This document shows, in pieces, positions 38,261 through 48,473 of a stretch of DNA of 54,516 nucleotides. Numbering within the stretch: position 1 is the stretch's first letter; the number at the start of each line of letters is the position of its first letter. The DNA is from Candidatus Pacearchaeota archaeon (GTDB taxonomy: Archaea > Nanobdellota > Nanobdellia > Pacearchaeales > GW2011-AR1). The notes under the pieces were generated by a model, which was not told where the DNA came from, did no database searches, and worked only from the letters and a program-made list of their open reading frames with translations. Location: assembly GCA_018303945.1 (NCBI GenBank), contig JAGVXD010000005.1, positions 1 to 54,516 of the forward strand. The letters run 5' to 3'. The position numbers were made by a program, and so were the translations under genes.

Positions 38261-39100
38261 ATGGAGTATGATATATCTAAATTTTCCTGGAGTTCGGTAT
38301 ATAAGTATATACCAGGCAATAAAAGTATCCATATGTGGATGGGTGCACTTTTTGTCTTAAATATAAGTATATTATTTTTAGCTTCATTTTATTTATCTCC
38401 GGAGAAAGATAATAATTTAGATGCAGAAGAATATCTTGTAATGCATTATGTCTTCAAGGAAGACTTTATTGACTTGAATAGAGGCATTATTTTAGACAGG
38501 AGTGGGAGCAAAAATCATGGTTTTATTCATGGAGGAATAAAAATGAATGAGAATGGAGGACTTATATTTAACGGTGAAGATAATTACATAATTGTACCAG
38601 ATTCAGATAGTTTAAGTCCCAGTACTAATGGGCACTTTTCTATAGCAATATGGATGACTCTTTCTTCAGACTTTAGTACAATTGATAATAAAAACTATAG
38701 AACAATATTGGGCAAGGGTTATCCAGGAAATTACGAGTATGTCTTGAGATACTATAATTCTACAAACTCAGAAGATAAACCATATAGGATAAGTTTTTAT
38801 TTATTTAATTTAAGCGGAGGTCTTGGAGCCGGAAGTTATGTGCAGGAGACAAGCCAGAGTGATGAGCAGTTGCTTATTATTGGAGTTTTTAATGGTACAC
38901 ATGTTCAAATGTGGAAAAATGGTGATTTCAAGGACAGCGATTCAATAGATGATTACGGCATAATATCCAGCAATGGAGAGGCTCCTCTTCAAATAGGAAC
39001 TTTAGATAATTTAAATTACTTTAAGGGAACTATATCTGAAATAAGAATTTACTCCAAAGCTTTAGACTTTCACGAGATAAAGAGATTTCCTAAAACTTAG
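38261..39100 (+). CDS. membrane-anchored LamG domain protein
   Basis: TM, DRSG..NHG, FKGTISEIRIYSKAL. Confidence 0.85.
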   Translation: MEYDISKFSWSSVYKYIPGNKSIHMWMGALFVLNISILFLASFYLSPEKDNNLDAEEYLVMHYVFKEDFIDLNRGIILDRSGSKNHGFIHGGIKMNENGGLIFNGEDNYIIVPDSDSLSPSTNGHFSIAIWMTLSSDFSTIDNKNYRTILGKGYPGNYEYVLRYYNSTNSEDKPYRISFYLFNLSGGLGAGSYVQETSQSDEQLLIIGVFNGTHVQMWKNGDFKDSDSIDDYGIISSNGEAPLQIGTLDNLNYFKGTISEIRIYSKALDFHEIKRFPKT

Positions 39101-39406
39101 CTATTCTACAGCAAGCTGATTGAGTATTATGCTATTTTTCTAGACGGAAATCTCTAATCTCGTTTTGGAACATGGCAGAGACTTGAATTTACAGAAAATT
39201 CTGTACTGAACATTATGCAATCAACAAAATTTTCTGTCCAGCTAATTCTACCGCAGAATGATAAAATTATCAGAATTCTCCGTAAACCAAAATGAAATAA
39301 AAAATCTAACATATTCTTTATTCGTTGTCTGCCGGAATACTCTTCTTCTTTTTATAATCTACTTGATAGTATATATAATGACCCGAGTTTTAAGTCAGAT
39401 TTTCAA

Positions 39407-40684
39407 ATGATTAAAAATTATCATCCTAAAGTCGTTGTTATTGGCATGGGCTATGTTGGCTTTCCTCTGGCTTGTGCTATTGCAAAAAGCCAGAAGTATG
39501 AAGTTTACGGATTTGATATAGATATGAAAAGAGTTGATCTTATCAACAAGAAAATCTCCCCTATAGAAGATAAACAAGCAGCAGAAGATCTTAAGGAAAT
39601 ATCTCTGCACGCGACAAATGATGAGGGGATTCTTGCAGACAGCGAGATTATAGTTATATGTGTTCCTACCCCGGTAGATCATTACAAAAAACCAGATCTT
39701 CTACCGGTGAAGATGGCATCACAAAGCATCGGAAAGCATATTAGGGCTGGACAGATGATAATATTGGAATCTACCGTCAATCCAGGAGTCTGTGAGGAAG
39801 TCGTACTTCCTATTCTTGAGAAAAATGGGCTTAAGGGCGGCAAAGACTTCAACCTTGTACACTGTCCTGAAAGAATAAATCCTGGAGATGAGAGATGGAA
39901 TGTTTACAATATACCAAGAAACGTAGGGGCAGTCACGAAAGAGGGAACAAAAAGAGCCGCAGATTTTTATCGCTCGTTTATACATGCAGAGGTGAATGAA
40001 GTATCCTCTCTTAAAGCTGCAGAAGCCACAAAAATTGTTGAAAATACCTTTAGAGACATTAATATTGCATATGTCAATGAATTAGCCCAGTTATTTGATA
40101 AAATGGGAATTGATATAGTGGAGGTATTAAGGGGAGCAGAGAATAAGCCCTTCGCTTTCATGCCTCATTATCCAGGATGTGGGGTTGGAGGGCACTGCAT
40201 TCCAGTTGACCCGTACTATTTAATTGAGAAAGCCATGGAAATTGGATTTGATAATCGTCTTATCAGAGTTGCCAGAGAAGTAAATAATACTATGCCAGCA
40301 TATACAGTTCGTAAGTTAATAAGCGCGCTTGCCTTAAAAGGAATACAGATACGCGGAACATTCGTAGGATTGCTTGGGCTATCTTACAAGGCACAAGTAG
40401 GAGACATGAGGGAAAGTCCCGCACTGGAAATACAGAAAGAGCTTGTAAGGAATGGAGCTAAAGTTCTTTCTTATGACCCTTATTGCAACGGACATTCTAC
40501 TTCTACAATGGACACAATACTTTCCACATGCGAAGGAGTAATAGTAGCTACAGGGCATAGTCAGTTTATTTCAATAGATAACTGGAAGAATGTAAAGGTT
40601 GTTGTAGACGGAAGAAATTGTCTTAACAAGGAGATGATTCTCTCTCAGAATGTACAATATTTAGGGATTGGCCGGGGGTCTTAG
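39407..40684 (+). CDS. UDP-N-acetylhexosamine dehydrogenase (WecC/WbpA-like)
   Basis: GMGYVG, CVPTP, ESTVNPG, CPERINPG, GVGGHCIPVDP. Confidence 0.92.
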   Translation: MIKNYHPKVVVIGMGYVGFPLACAIAKSQKYEVYGFDIDMKRVDLINKKISPIEDKQAAEDLKEISLHATNDEGILADSEIIVICVPTPVDHYKKPDLLPVKMASQSIGKHIRAGQMIILESTVNPGVCEEVVLPILEKNGLKGGKDFNLVHCPERINPGDERWNVYNIPRNVGAVTKEGTKRAADFYRSFIHAEVNEVSSLKAAEATKIVENTFRDINIAYVNELAQLFDKMGIDIVEVLRGAENKPFAFMPHYPGCGVGGHCIPVDPYYLIEKAMEIGFDNRLIRVAREVNNTMPAYTVRKLISALALKGIQIRGTFVGLLGLSYKAQVGDMRESPALEIQKELVRNGAKVLSYDPYCNGHSTSTMDTILSTCEGVIVATGHSQFISIDNWKNVKVVVDGRNCLNKEMILSQNVQYLGIGRGS

Positions 40685-40685
40685 C

Positions 40686-42032
40686 ATGGGCAATACTGTT
40701 ACGAAACACGGTGTCGTGACAGGAATTCTTATTGCTCTTCTTTTTATTATAGGCATTAAGTTTTATTCTTATGATTACTCAAATGTATTCCTGTTTTTTT
40801 ACAGCATTACTGTAACAAGTGTGATTTTCTTCACATTTTTTCTTACTTATGTCAGATATAAGGACATAAGCGAAATTATTGATAGAAAAGGATTAAGGGG
40901 GAAATTGGAGAAGCCGAAGGTTTCATGTGTTCTTGCCGTATATAATGAGGAGAAGGTAATATCTGCATGCATTCAATCACTTATAGATAATACTTATAAA
41001 AATAAGGAAATAATAATTGTAAATGATTCAAGTACCGATGGCACAAGAGAATTATTAAGCGTCTTTTCTTCTCATAAAAATGTCAAGATAATAAATCTGA
41101 AGAAGAATATAGGGAAGAAGAAAGCTATAGCACGGGGAGTTCTAATGGCTGATGGAGAAATTTTCGTTTTTACCGATAGTGACTGTGTTATGGCTCCGGA
41201 TGCGATAGAAAGAGTAGTTGAGATATTTTCTTATGATAAAAGTGTTGGAGCAGTTTCTGGACATGGAAGGGCTTTAAATGCTAAAGACAATCTTCTGACT
41301 AAGATACAGGACTCATGGTATGAAACTCAATATTCTGTTGAGAAAGCCTTTGAAAGTGCATATGGGAGTGTTACTTGCGTTTCCGGACCATTGGCTGCTT
41401 TTAGGCGTGAGGCAATTTATAATTATATTCCAGCTTGGGAAAATGATACTTTTTTAGGTAAAGAATTCAAGTTTGCCACAGATAGGCAACTAACCGGATA
41501 TGTGCTTGGCTCTTTGTATATAGGGAAGAATTTAAAGAAGAAATATGCCGACTCTCCATTCGTAAAAAATGTGAATTATTCTGAAAGAGAGTGGAAAGTT
41601 CTTTATTGCAAATCTGCCCGTGTTTGGACTGTTGTGCCAGATACTATGAAGAAACTTGTCAGACAGCACGTGCGATGGAAAAAAAGCTTCATAAGAAATT
41701 TATTTTTTACAGGCAAGTTTTACTGGAAGAAACCAGTCGCTCCGGCATTAAAATACTATTTAGGGGCATTATTTACAATAATTGGTCCGCTAATCGCTCT
41801 TAGACATTTAGTTTACCTTCCTTTTCAGGGAGATGCTCTATCTGGAGTGTATTATCTTAGCGGCATAATCTTTGTAGGCTCGCTTTATGGAATTGCTTTC
41901 AAATTGGAAAATCCGAAATCTTCTGTGTGGGTTTACCGCCCACTTATGAGCTTAATATCAACTCTAGTTCTATCATGGCTGATTTTCTACTCTCTATTAA
42001 CGATAAAAAAAGGAGTATGGCATCGTGGATGA
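40686..42032 (+). CDS. processive GT2 synthase (hyaluronan synthase/IcaA-like)
   Basis: N- and C-terminal TMs, GKKKA, TDSD, CVSGPL, TDR, QHVRW. Confidence 0.88.
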   Translation: MGNTVTKHGVVTGILIALLFIIGIKFYSYDYSNVFLFFYSITVTSVIFFTFFLTYVRYKDISEIIDRKGLRGKLEKPKVSCVLAVYNEEKVISACIQSLIDNTYKNKEIIIVNDSSTDGTRELLSVFSSHKNVKIINLKKNIGKKKAIARGVLMADGEIFVFTDSDCVMAPDAIERVVEIFSYDKSVGAVSGHGRALNAKDNLLTKIQDSWYETQYSVEKAFESAYGSVTCVSGPLAAFRREAIYNYIPAWENDTFLGKEFKFATDRQLTGYVLGSLYIGKNLKKKYADSPFVKNVNYSEREWKVLYCKSARVWTVVPDTMKKLVRQHVRWKKSFIRNLFFTGKFYWKKPVAPALKYYLGALFTIIGPLIALRHLVYLPFQGDALSGVYYLSGIIFVGSLYGIAFKLENPKSSVWVYRPLMSLISTLVLSWLIFYSLLTIKKGVWHRG

Positions 42033-43824
42033 GGGGAAAAATATCAGAAGGTCTGCTATTCTTGAGATAGTTGGAATAACAATAATATTATTTACTCTTT
42101 GCCTTATTTTAATACAATATGCTCTTCCTTTTTCTATACTATTAAATAAGACCTCTCTCGATTCTTATGTAGATGTAAATAACTATTTTTACAAACCTTT
42201 AAACAAAACCTTAACTCCTCTGGGAAATTACAATCCTCTCTCAAAAGTTAATGATAAAAGAGCAGACTATTCTTCCTATTATTCTTATGTCAATTATACT
42301 CAAATAGAATCTGAGGCGGCATTGATAGGTGCAGGCAATTACATAAATAAAGGAAATGCTTCCAGCATAGTTGTTTTAAACTATCATGGCACTATTGCAA
42401 ATAATGATACTGATGAGTATAGTATATCCATAGAAGATTTTAAGGCACATATGTTTAATCTTAAGAAAGAAGGATATGAAACTGTAAAAATTAAAGATTT
42501 TTATGAATTTCTTAAGGGCGAGAGAGATATTCCTGATAAATCTTTTCTTCTGACTTTTGACGATGGTATTAGAGACACTTATTATAATTCAGATCCTGTA
42601 TTGAAAGCTCTCAACTATAGCGCCGTTATGTTTGTAATTACCAGCCAATCCATAGAACAGGATAGAAGATATTATTTGAATGCAAATGAGCTCATTGAGA
42701 TGCAGTCAAGCGGAAGGTGGGAGATAGAGTCCCATAGCTATGAAGGACATAGCAGAATAAAGACAAATTCAGAAGGAAAAGCCAGCCCTTTCTTTAGCAA
42801 TAAGATGTGGCTTGACGAAAAGCAAAGACTTGAGAGCGATGAGGAATTTGATTACAGGGTGAGAAATGATTTAGCCGTTTCAAAATACCAGTTAGAAAAA
42901 TCTCTTGGAAAAGAAATTACGGGTTTCGCTCTGCCATTTGGGGAGTTTGGGCAGAGAGAGACGAACTATAAGGGTTCAGAGAGTGTGATTCTAAACGCCA
43001 CAGAAGATTATTACAAAATGGTTTTTTATCAGTTTAAGCCGGCAATTAATAAGGATTTTAGAGCAAACTATGCAGACGAACCAGGAAATGATTTTTATCT
43101 GGTCATGAGAATATCTGCTGACTACATCCGCTCGGCAGATACATTACTGCAAGAGATGCGAGCAGCACAATCTCTTTCTCTCCCCTATAATGAAAAGTTT
43201 GACAATCCAAAACAGTGGGTTAGCGTATGGGGCAGAGTGAATTTTACATATATAGAGAATTCTGTTGATTGTGTCATTCCGCCCCAGAATTCGCTGGACG
43301 GAAAATTCTGTACTAAAAATGATACAATCAACAGAATTTTTCGTAATTCAATTATAATATCTAACAATCCGGGGGGTGGAGGTGCAATGGTTTATTTAGA
43401 CGGCTCTTATCTCTGGAAAGATTATCAAGCTAATGTCGTGATAGATGAGCATGATGTGCAGAAAATTATTTTAGCGGCGCGTTTTCATGATTCTTATAAT
43501 TATATAGGGTGCAAGTATCAGAGCAATTCTATATCAATAATAAAAGTGAACAACCAGAAGAAAGAGGAGATTAACGAGACAAATATACGTCATTTTCCAG
43601 CAGTGCAGAACTATCTTATAGGAAAGCCGGAACTAGGCATAAGAGTTGTGGGAAATCATGTAAGCTGTTATATAAATAATAATCTCACAGTACAGGCTTA
43701 TCTTAATGATATACCTAAAAATGGAGGCATAGGCGTTCGCCTTGAGAATCTAGATTCCGGAGAGCAATCAATAAAATTCCACAGTATAAAGACTGAAATT
43801 ATAGAAAAGGATTTATTGTATTAA
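42025..43824 (+). CDS. membrane-anchored polysaccharide deacetylase (IcaB/PgaB-like) with C-terminal beta-sandwich
   Basis: VLNYHG, LTFDDG, ESHSYEGH, FALPFG. Confidence 0.85.
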   Translation: MDEGKNIRRSAILEIVGITIILFTLCLILIQYALPFSILLNKTSLDSYVDVNNYFYKPLNKTLTPLGNYNPLSKVNDKRADYSSYYSYVNYTQIESEAALIGAGNYINKGNASSIVVLNYHGTIANNDTDEYSISIEDFKAHMFNLKKEGYETVKIKDFYEFLKGERDIPDKSFLLTFDDGIRDTYYNSDPVLKALNYSAVMFVITSQSIEQDRRYYLNANELIEMQSSGRWEIESHSYEGHSRIKTNSEGKASPFFSNKMWLDEKQRLESDEEFDYRVRNDLAVSKYQLEKSLGKEITGFALPFGEFGQRETNYKGSESVILNATEDYYKMVFYQFKPAINKDFRANYADEPGNDFYLVMRISADYIRSADTLLQEMRAAQSLSLPYNEKFDNPKQWVSVWGRVNFTYIENSVDCVIPPQNSLDGKFCTKNDTINRIFRNSIIISNNPGGGGAMVYLDGSYLWKDYQANVVIDEHDVQKIILAARFHDSYNYIGCKYQSNSISIIKVNNQKKEEINETNIRHFPAVQNYLIGKPELGIRVVGNHVSCYINNNLTVQAYLNDIPKNGGIGVRLENLDSGEQSIKFHSIKTEIIEKDLLY

Positions 43825-44328
43825 TTTATCAGCGATTAAAAACATAAATATATAAGACAATATTTTAAGAAATATGAAAGTATTAGATTTGCCAAAGTTA
43901 GAAGATGAAAAATCAGAACAAACGAGAGGTTTAGTCGAATATTAGTATAGTAAGGAAAGTATCTTTCTCACATAGATTATTTTCTAATAATCCATGGCCT
44001 GGTTTTGAAGTAGTAGGCCATTTTTACAGTGATTCTTCTGGAAAGTCTTTGAATGATGGTGAAAGTGATGGAAGTGTAATTACAGTAAAGCCGGAATATA
44101 GAACTCAAGGAGAGAGATATGCTGAAATATAGCAAATAACTTTAATTTCCGGAATTTTTTGTTATCTGCTAGATAGGAAATCACGGAAGAGAGTACGATT
44201 ATTAAAGTGATTTTCTATATATGAAATAATATTAATAGTTATACAAACTCATAAGGCATATTAAATCGTTTAAGCACTCTAAAAAGGTAAATGGAAAAGA
44301 GCACGATAAAGAGTCTATATTATTTATT

Positions 44329-45072
44329 CTACCAAAGAGTATTTTTTCTTTCTCTTACTTTGATAGCTATTCTATCCAAGCTGTCTATGGCATTTATTAT
44401 AGGATGTGATTCTCTTGGAGAACTCTTTGGGGAGAGATTTCTTGGCATCTGGACTGGCTCCTGCTTAATTATTAGAGGCTTTAAGTTTCTTACATTCTCA
44501 AGAATAAGCGCACCCATATCTTCCTTAGAAGGCTCTTCTTGAACAATTTCCTTTGGAGAACTCCTCATGCCTATAAACTTTCCAAAAATTTTAAAGAATA
44601 ATGAAGTTGTCTGCTGCTGATTAGGCTTATCTTCACTTATAATTTTTTTTAAGAGAGATATTAATACTGCTAGACTATATCCATCAATAGGTTCTCCGCC
44701 GTAAAGGTGTTCCATCATCTTGTGGGAAAACTGTGCTGCTCGCAGCTTATTTTTGCCTATGAAGAATCTCTGCATTTCAGAATAATCTAAACCTTCCTTA
44801 AAGCCGTAAGTGTGCGAAAAGAAAGTTTTTGCAATTCTATCTATTTCAGCCATTGTCGTTTCAACTGGCTGGTGTTGCCTTGTAAGCCAATCAAGCTCTT
44901 TAAGGGCATCCGGTTCAGGCAAAATCAATTGCTGAGTCTTTCGCTTTTGCGATATTCTTCTCTCAATTACAAGAAGAACAACCATTATTGCCAGAAGAGT
45001 AGATAATGCAATAAGCAAGGTGACGCGCTTTTCAAGGATAAGTTGAGTAAGAGTCATGGTGATAAAGAGCAA
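44329..45072 (-). CDS. hypothetical membrane protein
   Basis: N-terminal TM; in series with two upstream minus-strand genes. Confidence 0.65.
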   Translation of the reverse strand: MLFITMTLTQLILEKRVTLLIALSTLLAIMVVLLVIERRISQKRKTQQLILPEPDALKELDWLTRQHQPVETTMAEIDRIAKTFFSHTYGFKEGLDYSEMQRFFIGKNKLRAAQFSHKMMEHLYGGEPIDGYSLAVLISLLKKIISEDKPNQQQTTSLFFKIFGKFIGMRSSPKEIVQEEPSKEDMGALILENVRNLKPLIIKQEPVQMPRNLSPKSSPRESHPIINAIDSLDRIAIKVRERKNTLW

Positions 45073-45088
45073 TTAGAGTATAAAAATA

Positions 45089-45709
45089 TTACCTGATGGG
45101 AAAAGATGCCGCCTGGGTGGGCTTTCTCTGTATTACGAACCGCGTTCCCAGAAATTCAGACAGAATAGCATTGATAATATACTGGTCAAATGCGGCGGTG
45201 AATATTCCTGTGCTTAAAGGTATTCTGGTTCTCTCTGATAGAGATTTTACTAAACCGTCAATTTCCTCTTTTGTAAGCATCAATGGGAGTGAGCTAACTC
45301 CTCCATATTGAGTGACTAAAAGAGGTTTGTTCGGACCAGGACACTCTAAAAGCCGTATTGATGAGTCTGCAAGAATCCTCTGAATTCTCTCAAGAGGAGT
45401 TTTTGGATTGTCCAGAAATGATTGTTGCATTCTTTGAGGTCTCGGCGGCAAAGGACGGCTTATCTGAAGAGCTGGAGAGCGCATATTAAATGGAATTACT
45501 TTGGGTTCTAGAGGAAGAGCAACTTTCTGAAAGGATTCTCCTGAAGGACGAAACTCATTTGAAATAAAATCTTCTTTTGCTATCATGGGCCTGACATGAC
45601 TATAGTTTATTTTAAGAACCTTTAATTCTTCTCTTGGGTGAACTCTTGCTATAACTGCTGCAATAAACTGCTGAAGAAACAACGTTCTGACACTCATCTG
45701 TTCGCCCAT
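45089..45709 (-). CDS. hypothetical protein resembling the N-terminal domain of type II/IV secretion ATPases
   Basis: D.SIRLLECPGPNKPLLV...LTKEEI...LSERTRIPL. Confidence 0.5.
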   Translation of the reverse strand: MGEQMSVRTLFLQQFIAAVIARVHPREELKVLKINYSHVRPMIAKEDFISNEFRPSGESFQKVALPLEPKVIPFNMRSPALQISRPLPPRPQRMQQSFLDNPKTPLERIQRILADSSIRLLECPGPNKPLLVTQYGGVSSLPLMLTKEEIDGLVKSLSERTRIPLSTGIFTAAFDQYIINAILSEFLGTRFVIQRKPTQAASFPIR

Positions 45710-45710
45710 T

Positions 45711-46136
45711 TTAGAATCTCGGCAGGGGTTTTATATTAGTTGAAGGAGTATATATCTCCTCGGGTTTTTTATCTTCTTCCGGTTGAGGCGGTCTTGAAGA
45801 ACCATACATCCTCTCCCTAATGCGTTCTTCTACTATTGTAAGACCTTTTGCTATGACTTTATTCTGTTCAAGGAGTTTATCCACCTTTTCCAGAAACTCT
45901 TTGTCTTTCTCAGCTACCTGATTTGCAGGATGCTCGGAGAAACTGCGGGCAGCCATTTCAAAAAGAGAAAGCAGACTTGCAATCTGCTCTGATAATTTAT
46001 CAAACTTCTCGGCTAAATCAGTATGGACTTTCTGGAGTTCAATTAAATTTTCAAGGAGCTTTTTTTCTATTTCTGATTTATGTGAAGATTTATGCTCTTC
46101 TTTAGAAACTACACTCTCCTCCCTCTTTTTCACCAT
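45711..46136 (-). CDS. coiled-coil hypothetical protein
   Basis: heptad pattern, LLEQNKVIAKGL, KPLPRF end. Confidence 0.7.
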   Translation of the reverse strand: MVKKREESVVSKEEHKSSHKSEIEKKLLENLIELQKVHTDLAEKFDKLSEQIASLLSLFEMAARSFSEHPANQVAEKDKEFLEKVDKLLEQNKVIAKGLTIVEERIRERMYGSSRPPQPEEDKKPEEIYTPSTNIKPLPRF

Positions 46137-46351
46137 GGTTATTTGACGGGAGTTTTATTTATAAATGTTTTCGCCGATGCGAAAACATGTCTTATCCCTA
46201 AATAATGTCCTCTTGGTAAATAATATAAGACTGATAATTTTGCTGAATGGGCATCATTTGCTTTATATTTCATAAAAAGATAGTTTTTTAATATGTGGAA
46301 ATAAGATTATTGTATAAGTGGAATCTGAATAAAAGAGATTCCTAAGATTAT

Positions 46352-46422
46352 GGATCTGTAGGCTAGTGGTAAACTGACTGGCTCCAGCCCAGTATTCGGG
46401 GGTTCGATTCCCTCCAGGTCCA
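46352..46422 (+). tRNA. tRNA-Trp(CCA), intronless
   Basis: GGATCTG/CAGGTCC acceptor, ACTGG-CTCCAGC-CCAGT, GGTTCGATTCC. Confidence 0.9.
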
Positions 46423-46459
46423 TTTAAAATTTAAATTAAAAACACGCTTATAAAGCGTT

Positions 46460-46813
46460 TTATCTTCTTGCTATAGAGAAGACATTCTTTATGGCAACGA
46501 TTATTGTCGCCGGTACGAATATAGCTAGTAAGGCTTCAAGTATGCCATTGACAAACTTTATGTCAGTCATCAATTGACCACCAAGACTGGCCGCTATAAT
46601 AAGCACCGCTCCAGATAGGAGAAATGGTGAAACTTCTTCATCGGCTACATTAAAGAATCCTACAATAAGTCCAAGAATGACTAGAATAATAATCATTGTG
46701 TTACCAATTCCGTCACCAGTAGCTCCGCTAAACAGCCCAAGGATTACTGCTAGGATTACACCAATCAGGAAAGCCCAGCTTCCAATAAGATTACCTTTAT
46801 CAGCTCTGACCAT
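46460..46813 (-). CDS. small four-TM membrane protein
   Basis: strong GGAGG RBS; hydrophobic helices. Confidence 0.8.
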   Translation of the reverse strand: MVRADKGNLIGSWAFLIGVILAVILGLFSGATGDGIGNTMIIILVILGLIVGFFNVADEEVSPFLLSGAVLIIAASLGGQLMTDIKFVNGILEALLAIFVPATIIVAIKNVFSIARR

Positions 46814-47004
46814 ATTTACCTCCTTTCATCGGTATAGATGTATATAACTATAAGGGTTTTATGGTTTAAATAAGTTTTTACTTTACGATTCAGGGTCTTA
46901 TCCAGAAATAAGGTTACCTCGACAAATAAGACAGGCGGTCAGATTCGAGGTGGCTTAACGTAACCTCAAAAACAGCATATTTCTGCTATTTATAACCTTA
47001 AGGA

Positions 47005-47679
47005 TTATAATTTCTTTAACTGCTCAATTTCCTCAAATGATATTGCTGCGCCCTTGAATTTTGTTGCGTAAAGCGCAGCCTCAAGAGCTTTTTTACCTTC
47101 AAGACCTAGTATTCCCTTCTTGAAAGCTACATAAACTAGCTCGGAAGAGCGGATAAACCTAAAACTAGCAAATAAAGAGAGGTCTGTCGATGCCAATTTG
47201 ACATTCTGGTGCGTTCTGGCTGATATCAATTTCTCCAGTTCACGAGGCTTCTCGCACAATATCCTGGTTGTTCTCTCATCTACAGCAATTAAAGTTTCAT
47301 ATCTTTTTTTACTTAATATTGAGCTAAGAGCAAGGCAGGACATTTCAGCTTCGCTTACCACAGGAATCCAGTGGTCGTTTACCTGCAAAGAATGGTTTGC
47401 CTGCTCCATAAATAATTTTGTCAGTTCTGATATTTCATTGTCGTTTACTCCGAGAGACGAAGGCATTTCCAATACATTGTGAAATAAAAGAGATTGAACT
47501 CTTAAAGCTCCAAGCTCAAATCTCTCGACCTCAAGAGGACGGTCTATTATCTCATATTTTACTTGAGAAGTTATTATAAGCTTTCCATTCCATATTGATT
47601 TTAATCTCTCAAGCAAGTCTAACATTCCATTCATTGATAAATTAATCAGTGTGCCGGAGTCAAATATTAGAATTTTCAT
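47005..47679 (-). CDS. PIN-fold-like protein
   Basis: IFDSGTLI, E, AE, VDERTTR acidic pattern. Confidence 0.65.
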   Translation of the reverse strand: MKILIFDSGTLINLSMNGMLDLLERLKSIWNGKLIITSQVKYEIIDRPLEVERFELGALRVQSLLFHNVLEMPSSLGVNDNEISELTKLFMEQANHSLQVNDHWIPVVSEAEMSCLALSSILSKKRYETLIAVDERTTRILCEKPRELEKLISARTHQNVKLASTDLSLFASFRFIRSSELVYVAFKKGILGLEGKKALEAALYATKFKGAAISFEEIEQLKKL

Positions 47680-47857
47680 TATTTATACCCCTTAGTTTTT
47701 TATTAAAGCAGAATATCAATGGATTTCCCAAGTTGATTCTTTCTTTATCTTCTTTTCTTATATTAAAATATTCAAGCTCTTTTGTTTTAGATAGTGCTAT
47801 AAAATCTAAAGAATCCTTTAATATATACTTCATTTTCTCTATTGCAGTAACTTTCAT
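47660..47857 (-). CDS. small hypothetical protein
   Basis: 65-aa ORF overlapping both neighbours. Confidence 0.35.
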   Translation of the reverse strand: MKVTAIEKMKYILKDSLDFIALSKTKELEYFNIRKEDKERINLGNPLIFCFNKKLRGINNENSNI

Positions 47858-48432
47858 ATTAATTTTCCTTTTTCAGAAGAGAAGAAGTCAAGAGCCATTT
47901 TAGCCCTTTCCTTTACATTTAGGGTGTGGTAACCGGATTCTTCTGCTCCTTTCTGTCCTGTATATTCTGATAGTTCCCATTGTGTTACGCCTAAGAGCTG
48001 GGCTGTTTTGCCAAGCGATATGCCATGCTCGTATACTCTGGAGGCTTTATTGATTGAAGCTTTAAGAATTACATCCTGGATATATGGCTTGAGATTTACA
48101 GAGAGAGATGCCAGAGACTTTCTTGCCTGTTCTAGATAACTTTCGTATTCGTGCGTTTCAGAAGTTCTTATTGAAGATTCTGCCAAAGCCATCCACGAAT
48201 TGAACTTTTTTACAAAATTGCCCCAGTTCTTTGCTCTTTTGTGGTCATTGCGCTCTATCAATTTGCTTAATGTATAAACCAGTACAGCGAGAGTTATGCT
48301 GCCGCTGTCCTGTATCAAAGAAGCACTGTGGACGGTTTGATTAGATAATTCACGGAGCTTTACTGCATCTTCATCTTTTAATGCCTGCTGTGTAGCTTCA
48401 AGAACATCGGCTATGTGCTCTCCCTCTCCCAT
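47854..48432 (-). CDS. hypothetical protein with C-terminal HTH-like segment
   Basis: YEHGISLGKTAQLLGVTQWEL. Confidence 0.7.
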   Translation of the reverse strand: MGEGEHIADVLEATQQALKDEDAVKLRELSNQTVHSASLIQDSGSITLAVLVYTLSKLIERNDHKRAKNWGNFVKKFNSWMALAESSIRTSETHEYESYLEQARKSLASLSVNLKPYIQDVILKASINKASRVYEHGISLGKTAQLLGVTQWELSEYTGQKGAEESGYHTLNVKERAKMALDFFSSEKGKLI

Positions 48433-48473
48433 TATTTTAAAAGTTTCTGCTCCTATATAAAGCTATCCAGTAT

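Noticed and set aside
43874-44132. Possible small gene after the polysaccharide locus
   Set aside because: Broken by stops with no recognisable motif; at most a degraded remnant.
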